Shown piece by piece: positions 62,105-64,000 of a DNA stretch of 64,000 nucleotides (its first letter is position 1; each line of letters opens with the position of its first letter). The notes beneath the pieces were generated by a model. The model worked only from the letters and a program-made list of their open reading frames with translations. It was not told where the DNA came from and did no database searches. The translations under genes were made by a program, and so were the position numbers. The DNA lies in NCBI GenBank assembly GCA_030704615.1, contig CM060732.1, positions 10,602,001 through 10,666,000 of the forward strand. The letters run 5' to 3'. The stretch comes from Takakia lepidozioides. Lineage: Eukaryota; Plantae; Bryophyta.

Positions 62105-64000
62105 TTGGAAAAAGAAGGGAAAAATGATATGAATCGAATTTGCAATGCCGCTCCTCACATCCAAATTTTTGCAGGGATTTGATAGAATAGGTAGATCTTG
62201 GTAGTCGGTAGATCCCTCCTGTTGATCTCGAACTCTGTCCTATCTTATCTATGAAGTTTGGTATGACTATTGCTCTAAATTACGTGTACGCAATATCGTT
62301 GCTAATCTTACGATCTCTTATCAAATTAAGACATCAATTGAGTACAATGACTAACCTGCTGGCCAATTGTGTGAAATGCTTTCGTTGGAAGACTCAATTG
62401 AAGAAGGATGTCCGACCACCCCGTCAATCTCGATCCAAACAATATCCCTCTATAGAAAGTTCTCGTGTGAGCATACCACAATTTTCTTCACATTGGCAGC
62501 GTTTCTCTGAATTTGGCCGTCGTTCCGGGTTCCCTGAATTCCCACTTCCTTGGTCTTTTCCTTTTTACAAGTAGTCTATCTTCCAATGCAAAACAAAGAC
62601 ACGTGAAAACCAAATATATACAGAGAGTGAGAGTGAGGAAGCCACTGCTTACTTGAAGACACTGAGGGAGGAGATGGTAGCCATGAAATGCGAGACAGCC
62701 AGTAAAGAGCAAGTTAGTTATAACAAACAAATGATAACCAAATTTGGCGAACTTTCTCATACCAACCGTAGAATTTGGATACTGATTAATTAGTCGAGGT
62801 TTTGGCGAAGATCCAGGGCTTGTTGATTTTGCGCGGGAAGAAACAGTGGATGGAATCTACCTAAATATTTTGTGTATTGTGGCTGATCAATACAGTTCGG
62901 AGTGAGCATTCAAGGCATGCCGTTACTGCGATCTTGAAGCCTGGCTCCTATTGTGCAGCTGCAGGATCCGGCGACAGACTCCTGCGAGGATTGCTGCTGT
63001 TGCTGCTGTAGCTAGATCAGCATTACGCTGCTGCAATGGCTCCCAAAAAATTGAGCAATAAGGAAAAGAAAGCTCTAAAACAACAGGAAAAAGGCACTTC
63101 CCAACTACCCTTGGTTGTTTCGGGTCCACGGTGCAAAAACAGCTTTCTCGATCCTTTCCCCTCTTTAGGGCTTAGGTAATATGAATGAGGACAATAGTTG
63201 AGGTACTGGGGAGGGGCCCTAAGTCTGCATGTCTTTCTGCAAGTAGTATCTACGGGGGACGAGGCCCTTTGTTTACAAAGAGACTTTCTTCAGCAGTCGG
63301 TCAGGTCCGCGCCTGCAGAGTCCTTAATGTCACAGTTGTCTTCCAAGAGACAGAGGTAGGGGAGGGAGCAAGGCTTTGGCTCGCATAATGTGTGACACAG
63401 GTAACCTGTTGTGCAGCACAATTTGCGGAGATTGATCGCAGATTGGAGCAAGGTACATCTTTTGTGAACCGTTAGAAATTGGTGCGATCTATTTCCCTGT
63501 TTCGAGAGCTATTGCACTGTCGACTTTCAATTGTTTGTGCCTCCTTAAAGCTTGACTGCTCCGTCATCGACGTAGTCTCCAATCAACAATGGTGGGAACT
63601 GGGTGTAGAACGGCGGCAGAAGGAGACAGAAGAAATTGCAAGGCGCAAGCTGGCAAAAAAGCTTGCCTATGAAGCAGAGCAAGGCTGAAGGCCGAGAGGG
63701 AACGCCTGGCCGCCGAAACTGAGATGATGCGCACCTTCCTCGATTGGCGCGGCGCCTCCTTGGCTCAGCTTCAAGCCGAATCCCTCAGTGTGGCCAATGT
63801 ATGCACAAAACACTCCATCCCTGCCTTTCGAGTACCGGAAAAGAAAATTGTCATTGTGAGGTTGCAATAGACTCTGGATGGTAGAGGTCACCACCTCACG
63901 TCATATGGCCTCTCAAGAGAAATTTGATACTCACTGCATTTCCAAATGTCGAACCTTCCCTTGGTTTCGTTCATCCACAAGCTCAACACCGAGTGGCAGT

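Noticed and set aside
63479-64000. Gene at the right edge
   Set aside because: Short charged frames interrupted by stops, with no recognisable family; not supportable from this window.

Overview
Eukaryotic land-plant genomic DNA: spliceosomal introns, a DUF593/GTD myosin-binding protein, a PLS-type PPR fragment and an NADP-malic enzyme exon. A non-seed plant host is possible but cannot be shown from this window. Positions 1-13.5 kb hold three host genes: the first coding exon of an NADP-malic enzyme (-), an 8-exon TAF12 (+) and a 3-exon GTD/MyoB gene (-). A spliced coiled-coil gene of unknown function lies at 59.6-62.1 kb (-). The region from 14 to 59 kb is a nest of transposons. The main finding is a decayed Ty3/Gypsy retrotransposon (28.3-33.4 kb, -). 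Its polyprotein carries a complete DNMT3-like C5 cytosine methyltransferase domain in frame between the aspartic protease and the reverse transcriptase. Other notable items: TTAA-duplicating, CCCT-ended piggyBac-like MITEs, one proven by an empty site in a sister LTR; a possible ~19 kb element with long inverted arms, built on a TGTAACCC motif; a second Gypsy whose 3' LTR carries a SET-like fragment; hAT MITEs with GTnnnnAC-type targets; Harbinger MITEs; tRNA-derived SINEs; and a 93-bp array of Helitron-like ends. All calls were made by eye, with no database searches.
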